Below, piece after piece: positions 12,582 through 24,719 of a stretch of DNA of 64,000 nucleotides; position 1 is the stretch's first letter; each line of letters begins with the position of its first letter. Source of the DNA: Octopus vulgaris (Eukaryota); assembly GCA_951406725.2 (NCBI GenBank), contig OX597825.1, positions 88,846,001-88,910,000 on the forward strand, in the 5' to 3' direction. Made by a program: the position numbers and the translations under genes. The notes beneath the pieces are model-generated. The model saw only the letters and a list, made by a program, of their open reading frames with translations, did not search any database and was not told the DNA's origin.

Positions 12582-13227
12582 GTCTGTCTGTCTGTATGTA
12601 TGTATGTATATATGTATGTCTATGTATATCTCGATCTATCCGTGTGTATGTATGTATGTGTTGATTTAGATTGTCTTAACAATCAGGGACTTTATCGCGG
12701 GGTAGAAGGGTTAAAGAACAATAAATAATCGCTTCCCACACAAGCTTTCAACAGCTTATGATGCTGAGCTAAAATTTGCGAACATTTCGTGATAATTCTC
12801 GCCAAATCTATCACTGCCGAACGAACGATTTGACTCACAAATCAATAACAGTCATGTCCCTGGATAAAAATGGCCAAAGAGAGATTAAACTGCCAAGCTT
12901 ATAAAGAATGAATCACCAAAATATAACTAATAGCTGTTACTGCGGAATTTGTTTCCAGAAATGAGAATAGACAAAACACTTGTATTCCGATTGGTTTCGT
13001 ATAGATTTCAAATTATGACTGTTTTACAATCATAATTACATGAAAATAATAGACATTTTGCTACAGAGATTTTATAAATTCCGAATTGACTGAAGAATTC
13101 ACGTCACAGCCGTACAACAATATCTACCTCTTCTGCAGTAATACGTCTCTGTCACGAAATAGAATACAACAAAAGGAAATTTTATATTATTCGAGGTTGA
13201 TTAATCGCTTTTGCATTGATTTATTGA

Positions 13228-13520
13228 AGACGCGTGGTTTGATGGTTCGATTAGGTCGGCTAATGTTCGTGAGTTGAGTGCTGGCGGTGCGTTCTGTACT
13301 TGAGTAAGACACTATATTTCCCGTTGCTCCCCACACCTGATAAAAATTATTTCTACTTCTTATTCAAGGAGCCACCCTTGTAGTATTCTGTCTCACGCAG
13401 AATCTCCCAGACAACTGCATTCAGGGTCGCGTGTTTGTGGAGTGCTCAACCATCCACACGTTAATTTCAAGAACAAGCTGTTCCATTGATTGGATCAACT
13501 GGAACACGCGTTGAGTGTCA
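13228..13520 (+). mobile_element. Decayed tRNA-derived SINE (family B-related)
   Basis: GCGTGGTTTGATGGTT head, TACTTGAGTAAGACACTATATTTCCCGTTGCTCC core and TGTGGAGTGCTCAACCATC tail, similar to 23645-23950. Confidence 0.6.
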
Positions 13521-14024
13521 ATGAATTGATTTCATTTAAAAACGTAAATTTGAAAGTCAAGATGTTACAAATGTTTCAACCATTTTCACTGCAAGTAAAT
13601 ATAAATTTTTACTTATTTATTCCACACATAAAATCAGTTTCTTGGGCACATCGGCGTAAACATCTATTTGCTGAGCACATTTGCAGAGCCTTGTCGAGAA
13701 ATGAATTATTTCTATCTCTATGCAACACCGCGTGTATGTCATTTTTGGAAAAACGAACAGTTACCCCACATCAAAAGATATCGTCTCCCTATAGACATCA
13801 ATGCATCGAATCTGGATTAATTGAGGCTAAATTACATTTAATACCGATTGAATAAGCTGTACAGTTTATAAGGCAGCTTAGATGCAAAAATGCTACATGA
13901 CCCGATAGTGCGTATATATGGTATGTATGTGTGTGAGTTTGTGTGTGTGTGTGTGTGCGTATATACCACACACACGCACACACACAAACATATATATATA
14001 TATATATATATATCGAAGAAGACA

Positions 14025-14352
14025 TTATTATACATCCATTACGGCAATCGGTTTCGCAATACGGATTCAACGGAGTGTAATCTAACACTACGATTATGTA
14101 ACCCTGCACACTTCAGAGTTAGCCGTTATGGAATGAAGTATATTTGTGTGTATTTGCGTATGCATGTATGTTTGTATGTATGGATGTAAGGATGTAAGGA
14201 TAAATGAGTGAATCTGTGTATATGTGTATGTATGTGTGATTATATTTCACTCCATAACGGCTATATCTGGAAAGCGCAATGTTACATAATCTCACTGTTA
14301 GATAACACTCCATTGAACGCGTATTTCGAAAGCGATTGGTAAAAATCAGCTG

Positions 14353-14357
<5 letters not shown>
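14025..14357. repeat. Diverged inverted repeat, ~115-bp arms with microsatellite-like spacer
   Basis: 14025-14143 versus the reverse complement of 14239-14357 share CAATCG.TTTCG.AATACG..TTCAA.GGAGTGT.ATCTAACA..GATTATGTAAC...TAGCCGTTATGGA.TGAA.TATA. Confidence 0.85.
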
Positions 14358-14415
<58 letters not shown>

Positions 14416-14969
14416 CATACATACATACATACATACATACATACATACATACATACGTATATGGATACATACATATATAAATTGACATGCATGGATACAC
14501 GCGCACACCACACACACATATGAATGTATGTATGTATGTATGTATGTATGTATGTATGTATGTATGTGTATGTATGTATGTATGTATGTATGTATGTATG
14601 CATGTATGTGTATATGTAACGTAATGCTATACGGTATTAAAGTGTTTTACGTAGTGCAAACGTTATGTGGTAGAGAAATGAGTAATGTTGGGAGAGTATA
14701 TAAATACTTTAAATGTCGCCCCATATTGGGCTGTTTTTTATATAATCATACATACACATGTACACAGGTTCATTTATTTATCTTTACATCCGTCTATCCA
14801 TGCGTACACACATAGATACGGAAACGCACACACAAATATGGGCGTCTCTTACAAATAGATTATTTACAAAACAAAATCCTTCTGCATCAGGATACAGAAC
14901 ACTCCTTCTTACTCTCACCGTCCAACTTGCAGTCAAATGGTCATTGGCCTGTTAATAAAATGTGATCAA

Positions 14970-15392
14970 AGGCCGGCGAGCTGGCAGAATCGGTAGCACG
15001 CCTGGTGAAATGCTTAGCAGTATTTCGCCTGCTGTTACGTTTTGAGTTCAAATTCCACCGAGGTCGACTTTGCCTTTGATCTTTTCGGGGTCGATTAAAT
15101 AAGTACCGGTTACGCACTGTGGTCAATATAATCGACTTAATCCGTTTGTCTGTCCTTGTTTGTCCTCTCTGTGTTTAGCCCGTTGTGGGTAGTAAAGAAA
15201 TAGGTATTTCGCCTGCTGCTACGTTCTGAGTTCAAATTCTGCCGAATTCGACTCTGCTTTTCATCCTTTCGGGGTCGATTAATTAAGTACCAGTTATACA
15301 CTAGGATCGATGTAATCGACTTATTCCCTTTATCTGTTCTTGTTTGTCCCCTCTGTGTTTAGCCCCCCCCCCCTGGGCAATAAAAAAATAAG
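14970..15392 (+). mobile_element. SINE family A with tandemly duplicated body (dimer), with TSD
   Basis: tRNA head GGCGAGCTGGCAGAATCGGTAGC; B-box GAGTTCAAATTC twice; TSD TAAAATGTGATCAA (14956-14969) / TAAAATATGATCAA (15393-15406). The central GCCTTTCATCCTTTCGGGGTCGAT..AGTACCAG resembles the Meta-type SINE domain. Confidence 0.92.
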
Positions 15393-16582
15393 TAAAATAT
15401 GATCAACAACTTTATTTCTTTTCAAAAAACCACAAAAGTATATTTTGCTAAAATGCTTTTCGGCAGACAACAATTTGGTTGGTAGACACTCACAGTTTAC
15501 ACCCTGACGAATAAATATTTGGCATTGAACAATAAAACCAAGTTAAAGAAGACAGAATTGTTTGTGATGTCGGCAACTTATATTAAATTTTATTAACCCC
15601 CACCACACACACACACACACGCACCTAAAATCCCATTAATTTATTGTAAATCTCTGAAATCATATCAAATTGATTTTAGCTTCAATCTTCCATGAAATCA
15701 ATAAAATGACATTAATTTATGTTTAAGTCTATTTACTCTTTCTATATACCAATCAAATTTTGGTTGCTTAATTCTCGATATAATATAGTAAACAATTTAT
15801 TAGATTATGTTGTTGTTTCTACTCTTGCTATTGTTGTTGCTCTTGCTGCTGCTGTTGTTGTTTAACCCCAGTTCACCCCTATCTGAGTAGATTTATGATC
15901 AAATAGTTTTGAGTTCTGACAGTCTTGCTCTATTTTGCATTACTTACAGTCTTTAGTACACAATACGTCGCTACTTACAAAACTTTGAGAAGCCGTTTGC
16001 TGCAAAAGTCGCTGCCATTACTAAAAGGTTTTGCACCAGCGCTGTTTGTAGAAGCGAAACACATCAAGGTTTTCATGACTTCTGACTTTTTCTAACATAT
16101 TTATTTCTGAATAAAACCATATCTGTATCATGTAATTTTGATAAAGCAGAATTAATTAAATCAATCAGTTTATTCACAATGATGGCTTACTCAAATGTAT
16201 ACGTATATTTTCAATACACGACTTATACCCATATCGTACCCTTTTTCTCTCCACCTAAAGAAAACCCTGATTTTTTTTTTATTTCTCATACAAAAAGTCA
16301 CCTCGTGAACGTTAGATTTTCTTCTTTCACCTGATATTTAAACTCATCTAAATCTGCAAATTAACGTGGAAGCTAAAAATGGATATGTGCTGTGTGAGAA
16401 CCGACATGCCAAAGAATAGACCCAAAATTTCCTCTTCGCGTCCTAAAAGGTAACTAAAAGAGAATGAGGTAGGATTTGCACTCCGAATTCATAAAACCCT
16501 CACCAGAAACAGACCCATGAGTTGGCAAGTTGTCTGAGTGGAAAAGGTTGCCATTTGCTAGGAGTGGGGAATCACCAACAAG

Positions 16583-16584
<2 letters not shown>

Positions 16585-16644
<60 letters not shown>

Positions 16645-16645
16645 T

Positions 16646-16730
<85 letters not shown>
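16585..16730. repeat. (CTA)n/(CTG)n compound microsatellite
   Basis: Direct reading. Confidence 0.96.
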
Positions 16731-16731
<1 letters not shown>

Positions 16732-17194
16732 TAAATGGATATGGAACCCAAGAATTGATGTTTCTGTCGTCTGCATTTAACATTGATTATTAGAAATCAC
16801 TCATCAAATATGTGATTTCCAATAATCAATGTTGTACTGTTGTTTAACATCGGACACGTGACATTATGGCCACGCCGACAGGTTATGAATTTCAAAGGTA
16901 AAAAGCTGTGGCGCACCTAAACCCCAATTCCGAAAGTTCTTCTTATCCAACGCCCTCTTGTTTTCCGCAAAATGAAGCCCGTGATTTAATTAAGACTGAT
17001 TTATATTAATCTACTTCCTTTATTTCCTGGTTTCCGTCATTTGGCTGCGAATACGGTAAGGACTCATCTTTAACGGTTTTTATCAATACCTATAGAGCTA
17101 GTGCGGCTATTAACTTATGTATAGTCACTACGACCAGTAACTTAAATAGCTACTACGACTCGCAACTTATATAGCCACTAATCTTTCTTAGCTC

Positions 17195-17570
17195 TTAGAT
17201 ATTCTAGTGCTCTCAGCACAACGAGCAAAAGGCCTTCTTCAAAAGTCCCGGTTGTTCGCCCTCCTCTTAGCCCAACCCGGTCCAATTTCCTTCGCTACAT
17301 CATCCCGGAACGTACGTCTCTACTTCTTCCATGGCTTTCCTCTTGCTCTTTTCCCTCCTCCCGGCATCTATTCCATCACGATGGTAGCATGTCTGTCCTG
17401 CTGTGATCAAAGTACATGATTAATAAACCATTTCCCCCACTTAATCACCATGTCCTTCCACTTGCCATGCCAGCTTTTCGCTTCAACTCTTCGTTTTTCA
17501 CTATGTTATTGTAAGAAATGTCCAGGATTGAACGTAAGTAACGTCGATGGGACACGTTCACCAACCGCCT
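17195..17570 (-). mobile_element. RTE-type LINE 3' fragment
   Basis: Minus strand HRRYLRSILDISYNNIVKNEELKRKAGMA...MPGGGKRARGKPWKK*RRTFRDD...ANNRDF, typical of the post-RT region of RTE/RTE-X LINEs. Confidence 0.75.
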
Positions 17571-18429
17571 GGTTGGAACATAGAATCTAAAGAAAGGTAT
17601 CTGTAGATTTTTATTCAATATTTTTGCAACTTACGACTAGTTATGTTCAGCATAACACCTTAATCTCGTTATATTAAATTATCTTAACTATAGAAGGTTA
17701 TTTTTAACTTTACTAAATCTCGACAGTAATAATACGTTGCGTTTGCAAGTTGCCGTCTCACTGATATCAAAGGAAGTGTGTGATATCGTGTTGCCTGACC
17801 TTTACGAGGATTTAAACGTAAGCTGAAGCCTTACACACTAATATCTCCCAGTACATCCTAGGCTTTGCATCAAAGCGATTGGGTGAGCTTAGACGGTAAA
17901 TATATATGGCGCAATAATTTTGATATGAAATTTAGTCGAAATTCTTCCATAGAAACAGTGATAAGAATTACAGTACTAGAACACCTCAACGATAATGATC
18001 ACTCCTATCCACTCATTTTAAGCCACTCCATCCCAAATATTAAATGAGATCATAATAACTTCAGAAATGTATAAACATTGTTAGATGATGATCAAGCCGT
18101 GTCTTATTGAATCTTGTGATTCCTCAAACATGATCTTCCTTCGTGTTACACACAATATCTAAAAGGCAAAACATATTCTGATGGGAAAGCGTAAATGTGA
18201 GTCGCATGACACTAAATCTACAACGGCAGGTGATGACAGATATGACATATTCGGTAACTGACAGAAAATTATTGGACATCTTTCTGTAAAACACAAGTGG
18301 ACTTGAGGTCTTTTCAAAACTGAAAATAACAAGAATTTAACATATTATATAAACTTGGAAGCATGGTCTGGTTTACTGGACCATTTAACAAAAATATAGG
18401 AACAGATAGACCAAATACATATATATCTA

Positions 18430-18800
18430 TAAAGAAGTAATTTTAAATTCTCAATCGTAGGATGATGCTAATAATATAGCCTGAACAGGATAAGCTACCC
18501 CTATTTTGCAGGAAAATAGGGTTGGCGGCCAGCTATGAGACTCGAGCTCACACCTCTGTGATTACGCGTCGCGATGCTGTTCATCGTATGATAGCGTCTC
18601 ATAAAGCGAAATTTCTATATATCTTAAATTTACGGAAGAATTTGTGGTGTGGGCGGTTTACCTTAATGGTGCAGAGCACCACGACGCGTAATCACGGAGG
18701 TGTGAGTTCGAGTCTTTTCTGCAAAATAGGGGTAGCTTATCCTGTTCAGGCTATATTATTAGCAATATCCTGCATTTGAGAATTTAAAATCACTTCTTTA
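18430..18800. repeat. Long palindrome of two head-to-head tRNA-derived units
   Basis: Arm 18430-18578 is the reverse complement of 18675-18800 apart from a ~24-nt indel. The right unit reads GGCGGTTTACCTTAATGG (A-box-like)...GACGCGTAATC...GAGTTCGAGTC (B-box). Confidence 0.88.
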
Positions 18801-18900
18801 AGACATATCAACGCTTCTAAAGCAAACTTCGTTTGTTTGTTTACGTTCATCGTGATTTGAATTTATATATATCTGTATTTCTCCACCTTCATCCGTCTCC

Positions 18901-18977
<77 letters not shown>

Positions 18978-19183
18978 CATTTTCTATCTCTCCATATATG
19001 TGAATCGTTGGCGATTTTCTTCCTCCGTCTTCCCTTCTATTGGACTTTCCTCTGTTTCCGAAGGAGAGCGTCTACTCGAAAGTTCAATCATTTTTCTTTC
19101 CTTCCCTGAGCATCTTCTAATACTTTACATGTACCACGTATTCGCGTTGTTTCTATGTGTTTGTTCTTCATATTTGGATTTAC

Positions 19184-19242
<59 letters not shown>

Positions 19243-19932
19243 GCGTTATATGTGTGTGTTGTTGTTGTTGTTGGTCATAATTTACAATCTTGTAGGCGAA
19301 ATCCAAAGCTAGTTTCAACAAACCACCCTATTCTGACAACGACGAAGCTCTGACAAGGTTTTACTAAGAGTCCGATGTAGAAGCAAAGCACAACAATGCA
19401 ACACCAAGAGCAGAAGAAAGAGGGAAATAATCAGTGAAACCCGCATGAAATATATCACGTAGCATTATCATAACAGGAACTCAGTTCTTTTTGTGGGACC
19501 TCATTTCCCAATTCAGCGCAAATCCCAGAAGATATTCAACACCAATATCATTAAAGCTATAGAATAGTATTTGAAAGAATATTGCATCGTAGATGCTACA
19601 ACATAATCTAAGGCACAAATAGCGGCACGACAAAATTGAGGCACGATGAGAGGCTTGTGGCTTCCTATATTATCCATTTGTAGTAAAACTCCATCACTCA
19701 TATCGGGAGGAATTATACACATTTCATGGTAATTGAATTTGGAAGCGGTCATTACACACACCCTAATTCATAAGAAAGGAAAGAGAACTCTATCTGTCTT
19801 CCCCCATTTTGGAATGAAAGTAATAAACCTATTTCTTTATTTTTTTAAACTTATTTCTTTATAATAAACCATAGAAACGAGGAACACCACATTCCCAAAT
19901 GAGAGAGAAAGAGAGAGGGAAAGAGAGAAAGA

Positions 19933-19933
<1 letters not shown>

Positions 19934-19985
<52 letters not shown>

Positions 19986-19987
19986 AC

Positions 19988-20070
<83 letters not shown>
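19934..20070. repeat. (GTA)n(AAT)n compound microsatellite, 5' flank of the LINE
   Basis: Direct reading. Confidence 0.96.
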
Positions 20071-20077
<7 letters not shown>

Positions 20078-20080
<3 letters not shown>

Positions 20081-22623
20081 TAAAATAGAAGTCACTGCAG
20101 CACCAACGGCAGAAGAATTGGAAGAATTCTGGAGAGAGATATGGTCGGCGAACGAACCACCAAAAAAAGGAGTATCAAAATTACAAACTCGGCATCTGAA
20201 CAACTTTGGACCCCCATAACAACTGAAGAGGTCACCCAGGCACTGCAAAGACTAAGCAACTGGAAGGCACCTGGGCATGACAAGATCCCCAACTTCTGGT
20301 TGAAATATCTAACAGGAATGCACAAAAGCTGGCTGAAAACTTTAACAACGTACTAGCAGAGCCAGAGACAATGCCTGAATGGCTCACGAAGGGGAAAACC
20401 ATCTTAATTCCCAAATCAAATGAAACAGAAAAACCAGAAAACTACAGACCAATAACCTGCCTCCCTACTATGTTCAAGGCATTTACTGCAGTGATATCAC
20501 AAAGGCTGAACAAGCACCTGGACGAAAACAAACTGTTCCCAGAAGAGCAGAAAGGATGCCGCAAAGGCTCATATGGCTGTAAAGATCAACTAATGATTAA
20601 TAAAGCCATAACTGAAGACAGCCACAGAAAGAAGAAAGGCCTCAGTATGGCCTGGATTGACTACAAAAAGGCGTTTGATAGCATCCCCCACACATGGATC
20701 CTCGAAACACTAGCCATTAACAAAGTAGCACCAACAATCATAAAATTCATAGAGCACTCTATGAATAAATGGCAAACAGTCCTACACCTCCAAACAAAAG
20801 AGGGACTCACGAAAACCAAAGACATCCCCATTAGAAGAGGAATATTCCAGGGAGACACGCTCTCTCCACTCCTTTTCTGCTTGGCACTGTCACCTCTATC
20901 TGATATGCTAAATAGAACTGGATGCGGATATAAATGTTACGGCAAAACGATCAGCCACCTTTTATATATGGATGACCTAAAACTATACGCTGCAAATGAC
21001 AAACAGCTGGAAACACTATTAAAGACAGTTCATGGATTTACCAAAGAAATAGATATGAAATTTGGATTAGAAAAATGCGCCAAAGTAACCATGAAAAGAG
21101 GAAAACTAGTTAAGAGTAACAACATCACACTAGATAAAACCAATGAAATAAAAGAATTAGACCAAAGCCAAACTTACAAATACTTAGGAATCCATGAACT
21201 AGATAAGACACAACACACACAAATGAAAGAGAAAATAAAAAAAGAATATTATAGACGAGTTAGATCAATACTAAACACAGAGCTCAATGCTAAAAACAAG
21301 ATAATAGGTATCAACACTTTAGCTGTCCCAGTTATAAGTTACAGCTACAATATCCTTAACTGGACACGAAATGAACTGACCAAAATAGATAGGAAAACAA
21401 GAAAAATAATGACAGGATCTAGGATGCATCACCCAAAATCTGACATAGAAAGACTATATATACAACGTATGGAAGGTGGTAGAGGCCTTATACAGCTGGA
21501 AAACTACTATAAAATAACCACCATAGGACTGCAAAAATATCTACTTCAGAAGGAAGGAAAACTGATCCAGATAGCGGCAAAACACGAGCAAAACAAAAAA
21601 CTGTTCTCAGTATTTAAGGAAGCTGACAAATACAAACAAGAAATCATACCACCTAATAAACATGAAGAAGAAGAAGAAGATGAAGAAACAACAAAAGCTA
21701 TAAAACAAATGAAATCCAAACTAAAAACAGAACAGCAACGAACCATGATAAAACGATGGCAAGAAAAGCCCCTTCATGGTAAATACTGCACTAAACTAAA
21801 CGCAAAAGAAATAGACAAAGAAAAATCCCAGCAATGGTTGAGAAGCTCAGGACTCAAAGCAGAAACAGAGGGATTTTTAATTGCAGCACAAGACCAAAGC
21901 CTCCCCACCAGAAATTACCAAAAACATGTAATGAAAAGAAATATTACAAGTAACTGCAGAATATGTGGAGATGGACAAGAAACAATAAATCATATTATCT
22001 CTAGCTGCCCAGTCCTGGCTAAGAAGGAATATATTCACAGACATGACAGAGTTGGAACCTACATACATTGGAAGCTATGCCAACATTATGGAATAACAAC
22101 AGAAAAAAGATGGTATAGGCACACACCAGAAAAGGTCACAGAAAACGAGAAAGCAACCATACTCTGGGATATGCCGATACACACAGATAGAGAAATTAAG
22201 GCCAACAGACCAGATATAGTTGTCAGAGATCATGAAGAAAAAAATGCTTTCTAATTGATGTATCAATACCGGCAGATGACAACGTGTCTCTAAAAGAAAT
22301 GGAGAAACTCTCAAAATACAAAGACCTGGAAATAGAGGTAACTAGAATGTGGAATCTGAAAACAGAAACAATTCCTATCATAGTAGGTGCATTAGGCATG
22401 ATAAAAAAATATTCAGACAAATACATAACAAAAACACCAGGACTTACAAACACATATAACATACAGAAAATTGCACTACTAGGCACTGCCCACATCCTAC
22501 GCAGAACACTTTCCATACAATAACCATCAGAGCATCACAACAAATCACAGCACATACCCAAGGCACACAGAGCTGCGCTCGGTAGTGAAGTGAAAGCACG
22601 CTATAAAAATAAAAATAAAACTA

Positions 22624-22628
<5 letters not shown>
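20078..22628 (+). mobile_element. R4/Dong-clade non-LTR retrotransposon (RT + restriction-like endonuclease), 5'-truncated, nearly intact
   Basis: WKAPGHDKI, YRPITCL, WIDYKKAFDS, IFQGDTLSPLLF, HLLYMDDLKLY, CCHC knuckle CRICGDGQETINHIISSC, RHD, RPDIVV and (frameshifted) LIDVSIP..K..KYKDL. ~100-bp 3' UTR then an (AAT)n tail; (AAT)n also at the 5' junction. Confidence 0.97.
20371..22523 (+). pseudogene. Reverse transcriptase/RLE ORF of the Dong-like LINE (627-aa open segment plus frameshifted 3' part)
   Basis: ORF 20371-22254 joins ORF 22284-22523 if one A is added to the A7 run at 22238-22244 (giving EEKKCFLIDVSIP). Confidence 0.93.
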
Positions 22629-22686
<58 letters not shown>

Positions 22687-22724
22687 AAGAAGAAGAAGAA
22701 GAAGAAGAAGAAGAAGAAGAAGAA
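22628..22724. repeat. (AAT)n tail followed by (GAA)n
   Basis: Direct reading. Confidence 0.96.
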
Positions 22725-23644
22725 GCTGGAATATTGCTGATAGATGTCTGTCATATAGTAGTTGAGCTTGGGAGTTTTCGATTATTTGTAAATGTGAAAA
22801 TTTGCGATTCTGAACTAATGGTTACACTGAACAGATCTCTAAAATTCAATTTCGTCGATGTCAACAAAAACATTTCTTTTGTCGATTCATCTCTGCCTGG
22901 GGACAAACTGCTGGAATTGTTTAAGCGGAATATCACATTTGACGCTGGTTAGAATCCCCTGACATATGCAAAATACTTTCAAACAGAAACAGCTTCAGCC
23001 GAATCCGCAAATTGGACACGTGACTAACCACCTCTTCCGCCTCTTTACTAAACAATGAGAGTCGACTGAGCGGGGAGGATGCTTTCATTTATTTATTTAT
23101 ATACTTATTTTGAACTGTTTGTTTATCTATAGACTTGCTCTGCCGAAACGTACCTCCATGCCGAATTGCTGTGTAATGTTAACGAGTCTCTTTTCTATTG
23201 TTCCAGTAAAAAGCTGGACATTGCATGTTTTTAAGGACATCTTCGTTTGCAAGGAGTCTGCCGTACAGTCTTTGTTTCATCGGATCTTATTCCCGAAGAT
23301 GTATCCAGAGGGAATCTTAACGCGTGAGTAAATGCGGTCAAGCCTGGCTCAAAATAAACTGTTTGAGTAACACACACATCCACTGACCGAGCGCGACGCA
23401 TCTGTGATGCTGGATAAGACCATTAGCCATGTCAAAGGTAACGATCACCAATTTCCTCGAATGTATCACTGGTTATGTCCATAATCCATGTGACCCCGGA
23501 CTTTATTAGCCATCGATATGTGTGTGTGAAGGAATGGAGTGTGAGTATGTATGTGTGTGTGGCGTGCGTGTGTGTATGTGTATATGAACGTGTGTACATG
23601 AATGAACGCATGCATTGGTGTCCGTTTGTGTATGCTATTGGCAT

Positions 23645-23950
23645 GGATGTGAAGGCGTATGGCATAATGGAAAGGACACTTGGTTTTCAATCGTAAAATT
23701 GCGAGTTCGATACTCGTCGGCGCTTTGTGTCCTTGAGCAGAACACATTATTTTGCGTTGTCCCAGTTGTACCAGTAATTCAAAGGGACCAGCCTTGCCAC
23801 ATTCTGTGTCAAACTGGATTTTTCTGAGAACTACGTTGAGGATAAGCGTGTCTGTGGAGTACTCAGCCACCTGCATATTTATTTTGTGAGCAGAACTGTT
23901 CCGCAGAACTGGAACAATCGTCGCCGTAACCGACGGAGAGTCAGTATGCA
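23645..23950 (+). mobile_element. tRNA-derived SINE (family B-related)
   Basis: GGCGTATGGCATAATGG A-box, GAGTTCGATAC B-box, TGTGTCCTTGAGCAGAACAC core. Confidence 0.75.
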
Positions 23951-24464
23951 TGGCTAGAAATGCCGTTAGCAACAAATTTCTTACAAATCTAAGAAATAGT
24001 TAATAATGTTGCTCATAAAAGTTACTATACACATACTATCAGTTACACATTCTTCTCTGCCTCTTTTTCATTCAATCTTCTCATCTACGATTCTGCTAAA
24101 GATGTGAAGATAGGAAAATGCAACTCACTGCGAATGTTTATTAAATGAATCTCTTTTCTTACATAACAGGCACGAGTTTTCACAAGCTTTGATACACATT
24201 ATCCATCTATTTTCTAAGATGTTAAACTCATTATCATTATTCAATACAACACACCGGCATGTATAATATAATTTGAGAGTTCATGGTTTGGCCGAGTGGT
24301 TCGCTAAAATAACCACACTTTGTTTTGTTGCTGTCATACACAGACTCACATATGCACTTACGGACCCCCGCTACATACACACACATATATATATATAAAT
24401 ACGTAAATATATATATGTGTATGTTTATATATATATATATGTGTGTGTGTGTGTATATATGTTT

Positions 24465-24670
24465 GTGTGTCTGTGTTTGTCTCCCCCAACATCGCTTTAC
24501 AACAAATGCTGGTGTGTTTACGTCTCCGTAACTTAGCGGTTCGACCTAAGAGACCGATAGAATAACTACTAGGCTTACCAAGAATAAGTCCTGGGGTCGA
24601 TTTGCTCGACTAAAGGCGGTGCTCCAGCATGGTCACAGTCAAATGACTGAAACAAGTAAAAGAGTAAAAT
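24465..24670 (+). mobile_element. SINE family C 3' module
   Basis: CCGTAACTTAGCGGTTCG..GACCGATAGAATAA..GGCGGTGCTCCAGCATGG..CAGTCAAATGACTGAAACAAGTAAAAGAG; further copies at 36855, 37105, 43670 and 44435. Confidence 0.85.
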
Positions 24671-24685
24671 ATATATATATGTATG

Positions 24686-24719
<34 letters not shown>

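Noticed and set aside
18652-18715. Functional tRNA-Thr(CGT) gene
   Set aside because: The 3' acceptor strand is missing in this unit and the stems are imperfect; treated as a tRNA-derived repeat. SINE heads were likewise not called as tRNAs.
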